A DNA stretch of 62,536 bases from Deinococcales bacterium (lineage in GTDB: Bacteria > Deinococcota > Deinococci > Deinococcales > JAAFIG01), in NCBI GenBank assembly GCA_043778225.1, contig JAYWGM010000098.1:1-62536 (forward strand). The letters are read 5' to 3'. Of the stretch, positions 24,285-34,800 are shown one piece after another. Positions within the stretch are counted from its first letter, which is position 1. Every line of letters starts with the position of its first letter. The notes below the pieces were generated by a model. It searched no databases. It saw nothing but the letters and a program-made list of their open reading frames with translations, and was not told where the DNA came from. The position numbers were made by a program, and so were the translations under genes.

Positions 24285-24292
24285 TACAAATT

Positions 24293-24324
24293 AAAAAACT
24301 GGCGAAATCTAATCGCCAGTTTTT
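24293..24324 (+). terminator. Intrinsic terminator after gcvPB
   Basis: AAAAACTGGCGA-loop-TCGCCAGTTTTT. Confidence 0.8.
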
Positions 24325-24354
24325 CTTTTCAGACTCGAGGAGTACAATTTTTGT

Positions 24355-24858
24355 ATGACCATTCCGTTTGATTACTTGGTGCGCGAAGCCGAAAGCATTA
24401 ACGTCAAGCTCGAGATGATTGCTGGCGTGCCTGTTTGGGAAGCCAGTCCAGTCTTTAGACACCAACAAGCATCCCAACGCATTGCCACGAGTCTAAAGCC
24501 ATTACCAGACTCGAGTTGTGCTTGTATTCAGACGCAAGATACTTATTTTAAGTTTCCTGATGGTTCGCAAAAACGCCCTGATATTGCTGTTCTTTGCCAA
24601 GAACCGCCACTCGAGGCTCAGGATGCGCCGCTCGAGATGATCCCTGTCGCAGTGGTAGAAATCATCTCGAAGAATTACGAATACAAGGATTTAGTGCTTG
24701 CTCCACCGTTTTATCTCGAGGTTGGGGTTTTGGACATTCTGATTTTTAATCCAGCCGACAATTCGGTGCTGCATTATCGCCGTGACTTTGAGCAACCCAA
24801 GCAATACATTTCACCAATTACGCTGCAACTCGAGTGTGGTTGTGAAATCACAGTCTAA
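24355..24858 (+). CDS. Uma2-family endonuclease
   Basis: RPDIAV, VVEIISK; paralog of 13340-13825. Confidence 0.85.
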   Translation: MTIPFDYLVREAESINVKLEMIAGVPVWEASPVFRHQQASQRIATSLKPLPDSSCACIQTQDTYFKFPDGSQKRPDIAVLCQEPPLEAQDAPLEMIPVAVVEIISKNYEYKDLVLAPPFYLEVGVLDILIFNPADNSVLHYRRDFEQPKQYISPITLQLECGCEITV

Positions 24859-24902
24859 ATCGACTTTTTACCTTTTATCCCTTTTACCTTTTAACCCTGC
24901 CC

Positions 24903-25958
24903 TTAAACCATCGGCAGCATGATTTGTAAACTTTGCACACTAATCCGCCCTGCGATGGCTCGAGCCACATCGGTTAGGGCAATGGCTTCTTTGGTATTTG
25001 GATTTGAAACCACGACTGGAGCGCCATTGTCGCCAGCCGCCCTAACCTCGAGTCCAATTGGAATTTCGCCCAGCACTGGAATACCAAGTTTATCAGCTTG
25101 GGTTTTAGCACCGCCATGTCCGAAAATATCGTAGCGGTTGCCCGTGTCTGGGGCAATAAAGTAACTCATGTTTTCGACGATGCCTAAAATTGGCACATTG
25201 GCTTTGCGAAACATATCCACAGCCCTTGTCGCATCTATCCACGCGACATCTTGAGGCGTAGAAACAATCACAGCGCCTGTTATCGTTACGCTTTGGGTCA
25301 GGGATAACTGGACATCACCAGTCCCCGGTGGCAAATCTATGACCAAGTAATCCAACTCGCCCCACGCCGCATCGTGCAGGGTTTGGCGCACAAAACTGTG
25401 CAGCATTGGTCCGCGCCAAACAGTGGCTTGTCCGGGCGCAACTAAATTGCCCATGCTGATGAATTTAAGTCCGTGTTTCTCGAGCGGCAGCATTTTTTTG
25501 TTCTCATCAGCAAACATTCGCTCGTCGGTCATGCCGAACATATGGGCGATGCTTGGTCCGTAAACGTCCGAATCGAGCAGTCCAACTTTTGCACCGTCTT
25601 TGGCAAGCGAACAAGCAATGTTGGCGGCGACCGTACTTTTGCCTACGCCGCCTTTGCCGCTTCCGACCACAATCACGTGCTTGACCCCCGGAATTGGGTT
25701 TTCGGTCGGTGGGCGTACCTGAGCGCCAAAGGTCACAACAACGTGTTTGACTTCGGGGACTTTCAGGACAGCCGCCACCACATCGGATTCGATTTTGCCT
25801 TTTAATGGACAGGCTGGGGTGGTCAATTCAACTTTGACATGAACAATGTTGCCTTCAATAGACATTTTTTCAATCATCCCAAGCGTGACCAAATCCTTAT
25901 GAAGTTCGGGGTCATTAACGGTTCGTAAAGCATTCATCACAGCAGCTTCGGTAATCAT
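24903..25958 (-). CDS. mrp: Mrp/NBP35 Fe-S cluster carrier ATPase with N-terminal DUF59-like domain
   Basis: DPEL, TTPACP, GKGGVGKST, WRGPM, DLPPGTGD, ENMS. Confidence 0.93.
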   Translation of the reverse strand: MITEAAVMNALRTVNDPELHKDLVTLGMIEKMSIEGNIVHVKVELTTPACPLKGKIESDVVAAVLKVPEVKHVVVTFGAQVRPPTENPIPGVKHVIVVGSGKGGVGKSTVAANIACSLAKDGAKVGLLDSDVYGPSIAHMFGMTDERMFADENKKMLPLEKHGLKFISMGNLVAPGQATVWRGPMLHSFVRQTLHDAAWGELDYLVIDLPPGTGDVQLSLTQSVTITGAVIVSTPQDVAWIDATRAVDMFRKANVPILGIVENMSYFIAPDTGNRYDIFGHGGAKTQADKLGIPVLGEIPIGLEVRAAGDNGAPVVVSNPNTKEAIALTDVARAIAGRISVQSLQIMLPMV

Positions 25959-26005
25959 GGGGCAAGAATATCCTGATAAGCGCTTAAACTCGCGGGACTC
26001 GAGTC

Positions 26006-26076
26006 ACCAAGCCGATGTGAAACTCGTATGACCAAGCCGATGTGCAACTCGTATGACCAAGCCTGAGTGAAACTCG
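26006..26076. repeat. 25-bp tandem repeat, about 3 copies
   Basis: ACCAAGCCGATGTG(A/C)AACTCGTATG twice plus a degenerate third copy. Confidence 0.9.
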
Positions 26077-26202
26077 AGTCCCACAAAGTTCATGTCGTGT
26101 CAATAACATCATTTGCGTAGGTTCAGACACAGGCTCGAGGTAACTTTTACAACATCCAACAAGGTTTTATCTAACGTATGCTTTTGCGGTAAAGGGGTGC
26201 AT

Positions 26203-27063
26203 ATGAAAAGAATTTTAGTCGCGGCTTTGGGCGTTTCGATACTCGGTTTAAGTTTAGCCCAAAAAACAGCCATCGAGGTCAAAGGCGGTTTTCAAACACC
26301 AGAATCCATTTTGGTGGACACAAAAAATGATGTTTATCTGGTCTCAAACATCAATGGCAATCCGTCCGAAGCTGATAACAATGGTTTTATTTCCAAAGTT
26401 GCCCCAGACGGCACAATTCTCGAGTTAAAGTGGCTCGAGGGTGGCGTGGGCGGCATCAGCTTAAATGCGCCAAAAGGCATGGCATTAGTCGGTAATTCGT
26501 TGTACATAACAGATTTGAACGTTGTGCGGGTCTTTGACAAAAACAGCAAGCGCAGCCTTGGCACAATTAAAATTCCAGACAGCAGCTTTTTGAACGACTT
26601 GGCGACCGATAACATGGGCAATGTTTATGTTTCGGACAGTGGTCTTAAACCAGATTTTAGCCCAAGTGGCACAGCCGCTGTCTATAAAATCAATCGTCTG
26701 CGCGAAATAACTGCTGTTGCCAAAGGCGAAGCGCTGGCACTGCCCAATGGTCTGAGTGTCGCCAACGGCGAATTGTATGTTGTGCCGTTTGGCAGTAAAG
26801 ATGTCTACACCCTTGGCGCAAATGGCAAGCAGACCAACGTAGTACAACTGCCCGGTGGAAGTTTAGACGGCATCGAATGGTTTAACGGCGCTTGGTATAT
26901 CTCGAGTTGGGAAACCTCGAGTGTCTACAGCATTAAAAACGGCGTGGTCAGTGTGGTTGTGGATAAAATCCCATCACCTGCTGATATTGGCATTGACACC
27001 AAGCGCGGTCATTTGTTGATTCCAGTCTTTAACGAAAACCGTTTGGTCTTCCAACCGCTTTAA
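26203..27063 (+). CDS. Secreted SMP-30/gluconolactonase-like beta-propeller protein
   Basis: Signal peptide, TPES, APKGM, FLND, PNGL, LDGI, PADIG. Confidence 0.8.
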   Translation: MKRILVAALGVSILGLSLAQKTAIEVKGGFQTPESILVDTKNDVYLVSNINGNPSEADNNGFISKVAPDGTILELKWLEGGVGGISLNAPKGMALVGNSLYITDLNVVRVFDKNSKRSLGTIKIPDSSFLNDLATDNMGNVYVSDSGLKPDFSPSGTAAVYKINRLREITAVAKGEALALPNGLSVANGELYVVPFGSKDVYTLGANGKQTNVVQLPGGSLDGIEWFNGAWYISSWETSSVYSIKNGVVSVVVDKIPSPADIGIDTKRGHLLIPVFNENRLVFQPL

Positions 27064-27079
27064 GATTTTTGATTTCTCG

Positions 27080-27110
27080 AGCAGCCAGCCCAGACTGGCT
27101 GCTTTTTATT
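27080..27110 (+). terminator. Intrinsic terminator
   Basis: AGCAGCCAG-loop-CTGGCTGCT followed by a T-tract. Confidence 0.8.
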
Positions 27111-27122
27111 TATACTGGTTCT

Positions 27123-28133
27123 ATGGATAAAAAATTTCGGGTTGTTCTGGTTGGTTGTGGCAGCATGGCACACACTTGGGTTGAGTATGCCAAGACACGC
27201 GACGACACCAGCCTTGTGGCGGTGGTGGATATTCAGCTTGCAGCAGCCACTGCCCTGCTCGAGCGCCATGTTTTGACCTGCCAAGCCTTTACGAGCCTGA
27301 CAGAAGCCCTAAACGCCACCAATGCCAATCTGGTGTTTGATGTGACCATCCCCGAGGCACACGAAGAAGTGGTTCTAACCGCCTTAAAGGCTGGTTGTGA
27401 TGTCTTTGGCGAGAAACCCTTAGCCGCTTCTTTGGCAGCCGCACAAGGCATGGTCAAGACGGCACTCGAGACAGGTCGGACGTTTGCAATCATGCAGAAT
27501 CGGCGCTTTAACAATCAAATTCGAGCGTATCAAGATTTGATAAAAGTTATTGGCGATGTTGGTTTTTTGAGTGCCAATTTTTTTATTGCGCCACATTTTG
27601 GTGGTTTTCGTGAAGCCATGCAGAGTCCGTTGCTGCTCGATATGGCAATTCATACCTTTGATGCCGCCCGTTTTTTATCTGGTGCAGATGCGGTGTCGGT
27701 CTACTGCCATGAATTTAATCCTAAGGGTTCTTGGTACGCGGGTCATGCCAATGCCATCTGTATTTTTGAAATGTCGGATGGTTCTGTCTTTTCTTATAAC
27801 GGTTCATGGGCTGCCGAAGGCGCTTCTACCGCTTGGGAAGCCGAGTGGCGGGTGGTCGGTTCTCGAGGGACAGCCATTTGGGATGGTACAAACCCGCCAT
27901 TTGCCGAAATTGTTCAAAACCCAGAGCAAGAAAGTTTTATCAAAGACTACACTCGAGTAACAGCCATTGTGCCAACACTGCCAGAAGGACACCATGCTTG
28001 TTTGGAGGATATGTTTACGGCGCTGCTGGAAAACCTTGCGCCACAAACCATTTGCACCGATAACATCAAAAGTCTTGCGATGGTTTTTGCTGCCCTCGAG
28101 AGTTCGCGGCTTGGACAAAAAGTGATGCTTTAA
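27123..28133 (+). CDS. Gfo/Idh/MocA family oxidoreductase
   Basis: GCGSMA, GEKPL, QNRRF, DMAIHTFD. Confidence 0.9.
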   Translation: MDKKFRVVLVGCGSMAHTWVEYAKTRDDTSLVAVVDIQLAAATALLERHVLTCQAFTSLTEALNATNANLVFDVTIPEAHEEVVLTALKAGCDVFGEKPLAASLAAAQGMVKTALETGRTFAIMQNRRFNNQIRAYQDLIKVIGDVGFLSANFFIAPHFGGFREAMQSPLLLDMAIHTFDAARFLSGADAVSVYCHEFNPKGSWYAGHANAICIFEMSDGSVFSYNGSWAAEGASTAWEAEWRVVGSRGTAIWDGTNPPFAEIVQNPEQESFIKDYTRVTAIVPTLPEGHHACLEDMFTALLENLAPQTICTDNIKSLAMVFAALESSRLGQKVML

Positions 28134-28141
28134 CCCGAAAT

Positions 28142-29977
28142 TTACAATCTCCCCCAACCGATCCCAAAAGGCAATTCGGACTCGAGCCATTCTTGCAAAT
28201 TGGGTTTGAATAAAAAACGTTTTTCAAAATTAAATACACCAGATTCTAAACGCACAATCACTTCACGACTGGCAAAACGATTCGGATGCCGCAAAGCAAT
28301 CTGCTGCGGCTCGAGCTTAACCGCATGGCAATGCACAAAATCGGTGTTTTCAATGACTCGCCAGATTGCCCCAAGCCCAGCAAAAGCGTACAACTCGAGA
28401 ATAGAACCATGAAGCTCACAGCAATGCAGTACAGGCTCGAGACGCACAGGTAAACGCCCAACAGCTTCCCACCAATCCTTATGCAAGTTGCGTTCAACAA
28501 TCAGTTCATCATCTAATTCTGGGCGTAAAGTCTGCCAGTCCTCGAGACCAACCGTATGTTCTGGTTGTGAGGCGTACAAAACGCGGTGCTTAGGACTCAG
28601 ATGCGCTGGCAGCATTTGAAATCGCATGACCTGATTGCATAATTCATCCAATGGCTGACGGTCAGCCCCAAAGAACCGAATGGCATAAGGTTCAGTTCGC
28701 AATTTAACTTCGATATGCAGTTCGTCTAAATCAAAGTCTAAAGGGTACTCGAGTGCCATTTCGCCAGTCGAATCCCACTTTGCTTGCCAACGCTTACGTA
28801 CATAACGACCATCTTCTTTAATTCGGACTTCGGCAACTAGGCTACGACCCTCGAGTGGACGATGACTTAATTTTTCACCACGATGATCATAAAACGACCA
28901 TTCGAGTTCGGGTAAACAAAATAAGCGTTTGACACGAGCGGCTGGCTCATTTTCCACAAATACCTGCGCTGAGGTTTCACCGATATTTAAGCGAAAAGTA
29001 ACTTGGTTGCTTTTAAAATGAATTTCTTTCTCAGTCGTTCCACTTAGCTTTAAGACTCGAGTACCCATTGGTAAATCTGAAAATTTGAGTTCGACTTCGC
29101 TACCGACTTCGTAAGTATTATCCGAGTATTGAACTTCAACCTGAAATTCTTCTCGAGTCCGCTTGGGTTGCAGAACCTCATCTTCATCTGGTTCTTGTTC
29201 AATACGAATGAATTTGGGTTTGGCTTGAACAACTTTTAATTCACCACGCAATTGAACCAACAGCGTTTTTAAGGCTTTTTCGGCTTTGTTGCGAAAAAAT
29301 TCAATTGGATTGGGGTCAGAAAAAACAAATCCTGCTTCGTGTAAACGTTGGCTTAGGGTCTCGAGATGAGCGGTATCTACTCTATTTTTTAGGATAAATT
29401 CAATGGCTTCTCGTAAACCAGAAAAGATTCGGTTGTAAGAAGCACATTGGCGTACAGTTCGTTCAATTTCTTCGGGTGAAGCATCCACCAGCAATTTACG
29501 AATTAGCTCAGGAGTCATTTCAAACTGGGTAGCTTGAAAAAAGTACCGCCGAAACAGCTTCTCGAGTGTTTTTGCGTTTAGGCTTTTAATACCCCAAATG
29601 GCATCAATGGTTTTAACAAATTCCCGACGGTCATCTTGTACAAATAAATTCCTTATTCGAGAATCAGACTTTAATGCACGCTCGAGCAAATCACGATGAG
29701 TATTTTTTAAGGTACTTTGAAACTGAAGTTCGTGATGTAAATTTGACCAGAATTCACGTTCATTTTCACCAAGTTCACGAAAAAATGAGTAGCCACGAAA
29801 AAAGAGCAGTAACCTTTGGTAACTCGCTTGATTCCAACCCCAAGGTTGTTTCCATATCAATAAAATTTGTGGCAGCAGATGATTCCGATACTCGGTATAA
29901 CTGACTTCAACATTGATTGGATCATCACGTTCAAGTCGGCTCAGTAGATTTTTGTCAAGAATTTGGTCAAAACTCAT
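28142..29977 (-). CDS. Uncharacterised 611-aa protein, gene 4 of the helicase operon
   Basis: Long ORF, ATGA-coupled to 29974-30558; helical-looking N half and beta-rich C half; no motif recognised. Confidence 0.8.
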   Translation of the reverse strand: MSFDQILDKNLLSRLERDDPINVEVSYTEYRNHLLPQILLIWKQPWGWNQASYQRLLLFFRGYSFFRELGENEREFWSNLHHELQFQSTLKNTHRDLLERALKSDSRIRNLFVQDDRREFVKTIDAIWGIKSLNAKTLEKLFRRYFFQATQFEMTPELIRKLLVDASPEEIERTVRQCASYNRIFSGLREAIEFILKNRVDTAHLETLSQRLHEAGFVFSDPNPIEFFRNKAEKALKTLLVQLRGELKVVQAKPKFIRIEQEPDEDEVLQPKRTREEFQVEVQYSDNTYEVGSEVELKFSDLPMGTRVLKLSGTTEKEIHFKSNQVTFRLNIGETSAQVFVENEPAARVKRLFCLPELEWSFYDHRGEKLSHRPLEGRSLVAEVRIKEDGRYVRKRWQAKWDSTGEMALEYPLDFDLDELHIEVKLRTEPYAIRFFGADRQPLDELCNQVMRFQMLPAHLSPKHRVLYASQPEHTVGLEDWQTLRPELDDELIVERNLHKDWWEAVGRLPVRLEPVLHCCELHGSILELYAFAGLGAIWRVIENTDFVHCHAVKLEPQQIALRHPNRFASREVIVRLESGVFNFEKRFLFKPNLQEWLESELPFGIGWGRL

Positions 29978-30558
29978 TGTGTTACCTCAGTAATTTCAAG
30001 CCAACGTAAAAGTACCCATTGAGCAATTAAAAATCGTCTGGCTTGGACTAAATCAGGATTTTTACCTTGATAGGCTTGTTCCAGACAATCTTGAATTTCA
30101 AGTTGCCAGTGTGTAACTGCCGTCTGGACAGCTTCTTTTGGAGCTTGGTGTTCATGTCCGTAAATTGCTGGGAAATCATCTACGCTTTCAGCAAATTCAA
30201 GGGCGATGCTATGCCAAAATCCCTCTCGAGAAACCCTATTTTGAAGTTTTTTTAGCTGAATTTGTGCTTCCAGTAAAGAATTTTTAAGTAACTCTAAATT
30301 GTCTAACTCGGCAATTTTAGATTTGAGTAATTCAAGTTCAGAACGTAAATGACCGCTTTCCATCTCGAGTGTCGGTATGCGACTGGCTTGTGCGGCTTGC
30401 AATTTTAAGCTGTGATGCTCGAGCCTGAGTTTTTCAAGGCTTGACTCTAGCTCCAAGCGCTTTTGGCGTTCCTCTATCCGAAGTAGTTGTTCTTTTTGCC
30501 ATTCAGATTCATAAAAGTCTTTATGTTCCTGTAGGGTAATTCGTTCATTTTCGGTCAT
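29974..30558 (-). CDS. Coiled-coil protein, gene 3 of the helicase operon
   Basis: Heptad-rich N-terminal ~105 aa, small helical C-terminal domain (FLIAQWVLLRWLE); ATGA overlaps. Confidence 0.8.
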   Translation of the reverse strand: MTENERITLQEHKDFYESEWQKEQLLRIEERQKRLELESSLEKLRLEHHSLKLQAAQASRIPTLEMESGHLRSELELLKSKIAELDNLELLKNSLLEAQIQLKKLQNRVSREGFWHSIALEFAESVDDFPAIYGHEHQAPKEAVQTAVTHWQLEIQDCLEQAYQGKNPDLVQARRFLIAQWVLLRWLEITEVTQ

Positions 30559-31853
30559 GCTATGCCTCGGTAACGTGGTGACTCGAGTATGCCAAGTAAT
30601 TGCTTTAGAACATTTTCCTGACGAAAAACTTGGGATTTCAAAAATGTGGTTAATGGTAAATTTACCGAGTCAAGCAGCAGTTGCTCGAGACCAAGCAGTA
30701 ACACCCCTCGAATCTGATTTTTTGGGTCTGTAAAATCCGAATAATTGGTTTGAGTCAGCAGACTATTGTCATGGTTCAGAAATGCCTTATAAATTTCTAG
30801 CAATCGAATCAATCTTTGGGCGGGTTCAAACGATAAGTGGCGATAATCAATAATCAGAGCATTCTCGAGTTTATTGCTACCAATACTTTCTTGTTGTCCA
30901 CGTTCGCGCTGGGCGTACTCTTGAGCTAATTTCTTTTGGTTATTTTGGGCTTTTTCGAGTTCTTGAGTCAAATCGTTGTTGCGCTGGCGAAGCTGCAATC
31001 TGGCAGCATTAACTTCGAGCAAGGCTTGGGTTTTCTCGAGTAAATCAGCAGCTAAACGCTGGTTTGTTTGGCGTAAAGGTTCGAGCGTAAGTTCAGCTTG
31101 GTTAGCTTTGGCAGTAAGTAACTTGGTTACTTCCTCAATTTTAGTTTTGGTGGCAGCCGTTTCTTGTTGTTCTCGCGCCAATGAATCTTTTAGCCGAGTT
31201 ATTTGGGCTTTGAATTTTTTGGCTTCCTCAAGTTGTTTTTGTTGCTCTACACGAATAGCTTGTTGAATTTGAGTTGTGTGTGCTTGCTCGAGTCGCATCT
31301 TTTGTTGGGCTAACTCTTTTTGTTTGACTGCCTCGGCTTGCTCGAACTTACGTTTTACCTGCTCGAGTTCACGTTCAAGTTGTTGATTGCGTTGCTTTTC
31401 AGTGCGTAAATTCTGCTCAAGCTCAACTATTTGTTTGGTTTGTGTAGTGAGCCGACCTGACCAAATATCAGAAGATTCTTTACCTACTAAAAAATTAGCA
31501 ATCTCAAGAACTGCATTACTGGTTGTTTCGTCTATGGTTTGGTTATTCTCGAGTTTTTCAAGTGTAGCGCTTTGACTGTCAATCCAGATTTGGGCGTACT
31601 GCTCGAGAAGTTTTGGTTCTTGCTCACAGATTTTTGTTAGAGCATCAAGAATTTGCTGGCTGCGAATGTCAGCTAGTTTACTGACTTTAGCCCCAATTAA
31701 ACGTACTCCCATCGCTGGGGATTTACGGAAAAACTTGATGTAAATATCGGAAATTGTTTTCTGTGGCATCATTGTAATAGCTCGAGTCAAGTAATCGCTA
31801 TTTTCTAGCTCGAGCAGCTTATTTTTGTATTGTTCGATGTTTTCTGGGGTCAT
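30555..31853 (-). CDS. Long coiled-coil protein, gene 2 of the helicase operon
   Basis: Q/E/K-rich heptads over about aa 135-320 between globular ends; ATGA overlaps. Confidence 0.82.
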   Translation of the reverse strand: MTPENIEQYKNKLLELENSDYLTRAITMMPQKTISDIYIKFFRKSPAMGVRLIGAKVSKLADIRSQQILDALTKICEQEPKLLEQYAQIWIDSQSATLEKLENNQTIDETTSNAVLEIANFLVGKESSDIWSGRLTTQTKQIVELEQNLRTEKQRNQQLERELEQVKRKFEQAEAVKQKELAQQKMRLEQAHTTQIQQAIRVEQQKQLEEAKKFKAQITRLKDSLAREQQETAATKTKIEEVTKLLTAKANQAELTLEPLRQTNQRLAADLLEKTQALLEVNAARLQLRQRNNDLTQELEKAQNNQKKLAQEYAQRERGQQESIGSNKLENALIIDYRHLSFEPAQRLIRLLEIYKAFLNHDNSLLTQTNYSDFTDPKNQIRGVLLLGLEQLLLDSVNLPLTTFLKSQVFRQENVLKQLLGILESPRYRGIA

Positions 31854-34800
31854 ATCGTTTTACCTCGTTTGCCTGTTTTCTCGAGTTCTTGCAATCCATA
31901 TTCACTAATTTTATAAATTGGATGACCATTAAACTCAGCTTCATTCATCAGTTTTCGTCCCGTTAAGGTCTGAATGGCTTTTTCAATGTCGCTGTGGGTT
32001 GCACCTATCAGACTACCAAAATGTCTCGAGTTAGATTCAAACCATTTAAGTTGAATCGGGTGTTCCTGTCCGCCAAATTCGCTTTCAGCCCCACGCAGCA
32101 CCATCGAAATTCGGCGCGTACCTATTCCACTGTACTCAAGGTTAAAACTCGGGTCAGCTTTGCGCTTTTTCTCAATCCAAGCAAGACGTTCTTTGCGATG
32201 GTCGCGTAAAAACTCGAGAATGGCTCGGTTGGGTTTGAGGATTTGTACGATTTCATCATCGGTAATGCGTGGTGTGTCTGACCACGGCTTATAATCCTGG
32301 TTGCAATTACCGCAACACGTTTCTTTGTCACGTTTTGGGTCGGCCCGTTCAGCAAAGACTTTGAGTAGTGAGTCGCGTTTGCAAGCACTGACACTCGCAT
32401 ATTGTTTGATGGCTTGTATGCCAATTTTTCGTTCTTGGAATCGTTTTTCAATCACTCGAGAAAACTCGGTCAAATCGGGGTTTGTCTCGGCTTTGATTTC
32501 AATGCTGGATTCAAAAGTTGCAAAAAACAAAGAGGGGTCAGCAATTTGACGGCGCAACTCGTGCAGCGCGTCGCTGAGGGCATTGGCTTCTGCTTTCGGC
32601 AATTCCGTAAAATCTATCCAATGCCTCTGTCGAGCCTTGCTAATCGAGGTTATTTTTAATTTCTCGAGACTTATAAGATTTTCTGCCCCTAAATCTTGCA
32701 GCACTGACCACTGACTAATAAATAACTGGGCTTTACCGAGTTCATAGGTGTAATCAAGCAGTTTGCTTTGCTGCATGGTATTTAGTAGCCACAGCACCCC
32801 TTCTGGCTCGAGGTCAGCTTTTTGCTCGTCGGTGCTTAAAATTTCGTTAATGGCTTCTTGGATTTTATCGTTGTACATTCGGATTGTGCCTTTGTTTTTG
32901 CGTAATAACTCGAGCAAGGCTTCGGCATGGTACTTTTGGGGTTGTCCAAGCTGCCCGATGTATTCGTGCAAACTCCAATCTCGGCTCGAGTGCATCAGTA
33001 CGGCGTAAGCTGGTTTGTGGTCACGTCCCGCCCGTCCTGCTTCTTGAACATAAGCGGGTATGTTGCTGGGTGGCTCGAAGTGAATCACGGCTCGAACATT
33101 GGTTTTATCCACACCCATACCAAAGGCGTTGGTGGCGACAATCACTTTGTTTGTACCTTCAATAAAATGATCTTGAATTTCACTGCGAATCACTGCCGAT
33201 AAACCACCGTGATAGGCTTCAATCACTTGTCCCGTGTAGGTGCTTAAAGCTCGAGCCACGGTTTCGGCTTTTTTGCGAGTGGATACATAAACAATAATGG
33301 CGTAGTCGTCTTTAAATTTTTCGGCTGCCCAAGTCAGAATTTGGATGGTGCTGCGAAGTTTGCTGCGGTCATCGCTACGATCATCTCGTTTCCCCGGAAA
33401 ATGTTCCGCATGGTATTCGATGTTTGGGCGGTTGCTGCTGTCCCAAATGGCTTCTTGGACATTCAGGTTCAGATTTTTTTGCAAGTCATCACGCACTGCT
33501 TGGGTTGCAGTGGCAGTCAGGCAGACCGTTGGCAATTTTAAGCCAATCTCAGCAATTTTACTTTTCACCCGCAGGTAATCAGGGCGAAAATCATGTCCCC
33601 AATCCGATAAACAATGGGCTTCGTCATAAACAAGGCGTTTAAGTTTCCCTTTGGAAGCCAAGCGCAATAGCACTTGCTGGAGGTCATTATTCTTGTTGAC
33701 TCGCTCTGGGCTAAGGTACAACAAATTGACATCACCTTTTTCGGCTTGCTCGAGAATACTGCGTTGCTCTGCGCCTGGAATCCCAGAGTAAATAGCGGCG
33801 ACTGGCGCTCCTCGATCTTTCAAACCCTGCACTTGGTCTTTCATCAGGGCAATTAGTGGCGATATGACAATTGTTAGCCCACCCTCGAGAATGGCTGGTG
33901 CTTGAAAGGTAAGGCTTTTCCCATAACCAGTTGGTAGCAGCACAAGTGCATCTTGTTTGTTAATCGCAGCTTCAATAGCTTGTTGTTGTTTGGGTTTGAT
34001 CTCTCGCCCCTCAGTCCAATACAAGCGCATTAGCTCCGCAAGCGCAGCTTTCAACGAAATGGTTTTGCTTGCCCATTTTTCTCGTAACTCGAGTAAGTCC
34101 TTGGTGGTTTTATCCATTAGTGTCTCTTCAAAGCCACTAAAATTGATGCCCAGAATTTCTTCTAATTTTTTGTAAAACTCAATTCGACTCTTGGGTTTAT
34201 GCACTTGGTCGCCGTCAATAAATTTTCGTGGCAAAGATTCTAGAACATCAAAGTAATATGTGGAGGTTAAAATTCGTCTATCCCACAGAACAAATGCGCC
34301 ATTGCCCGATAGCGCTCGGTCATCGCGGATTAAACGTCCGAAGGCTTGGGTAAACGTCAGTAAGGCTTTGCCAAGGTAATATGTCCAAGCAGCATCACGT
34401 CCATGCGCTTTTTCGATTCTGGCTTTGCGTTTCTCGAGCAGAGGTGTCGGTGTCGGAAACGGAATCCGCTCGAGTGCCACAAGGTTCAGGTCGTAAAAAT
34501 CTACGCCTTCCATAAAGGCTCGAGTACCAAGTGCCACGGCTTTATCGCTACGCTTATTAACATCGCTGAGTGCCTGAGAAACAGCTTCGCGTTCACGGCG
34601 AGTCAGTGGGGCATGGAGTCTTCCCACGATTTCGGATTCTTTTTCTAGCACTTTCTTGGTTTTCTCGAGCCGACTTCGGGCAGTAAATAAGTTCAGGCTT
34701 CGGTTAATTTGTGGTAATAAATTTTTCAGTTCTTCTTGGTGCAGTTTTTGGAATCGTTCCATGCTCGACATTCGTGCTTCGGGCAAATGTGATGGCAGCA

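Noticed and set aside
26006..26076. 25-bp repeats as a CRISPR array
   Set aside because: Contiguous tandem units with no unique spacers.
30555..31853. SMC/SbcC (Wadjet or Lamassu-like) ATPase
   Set aside because: No Walker A/B or ABC signature in either coiled-coil protein.
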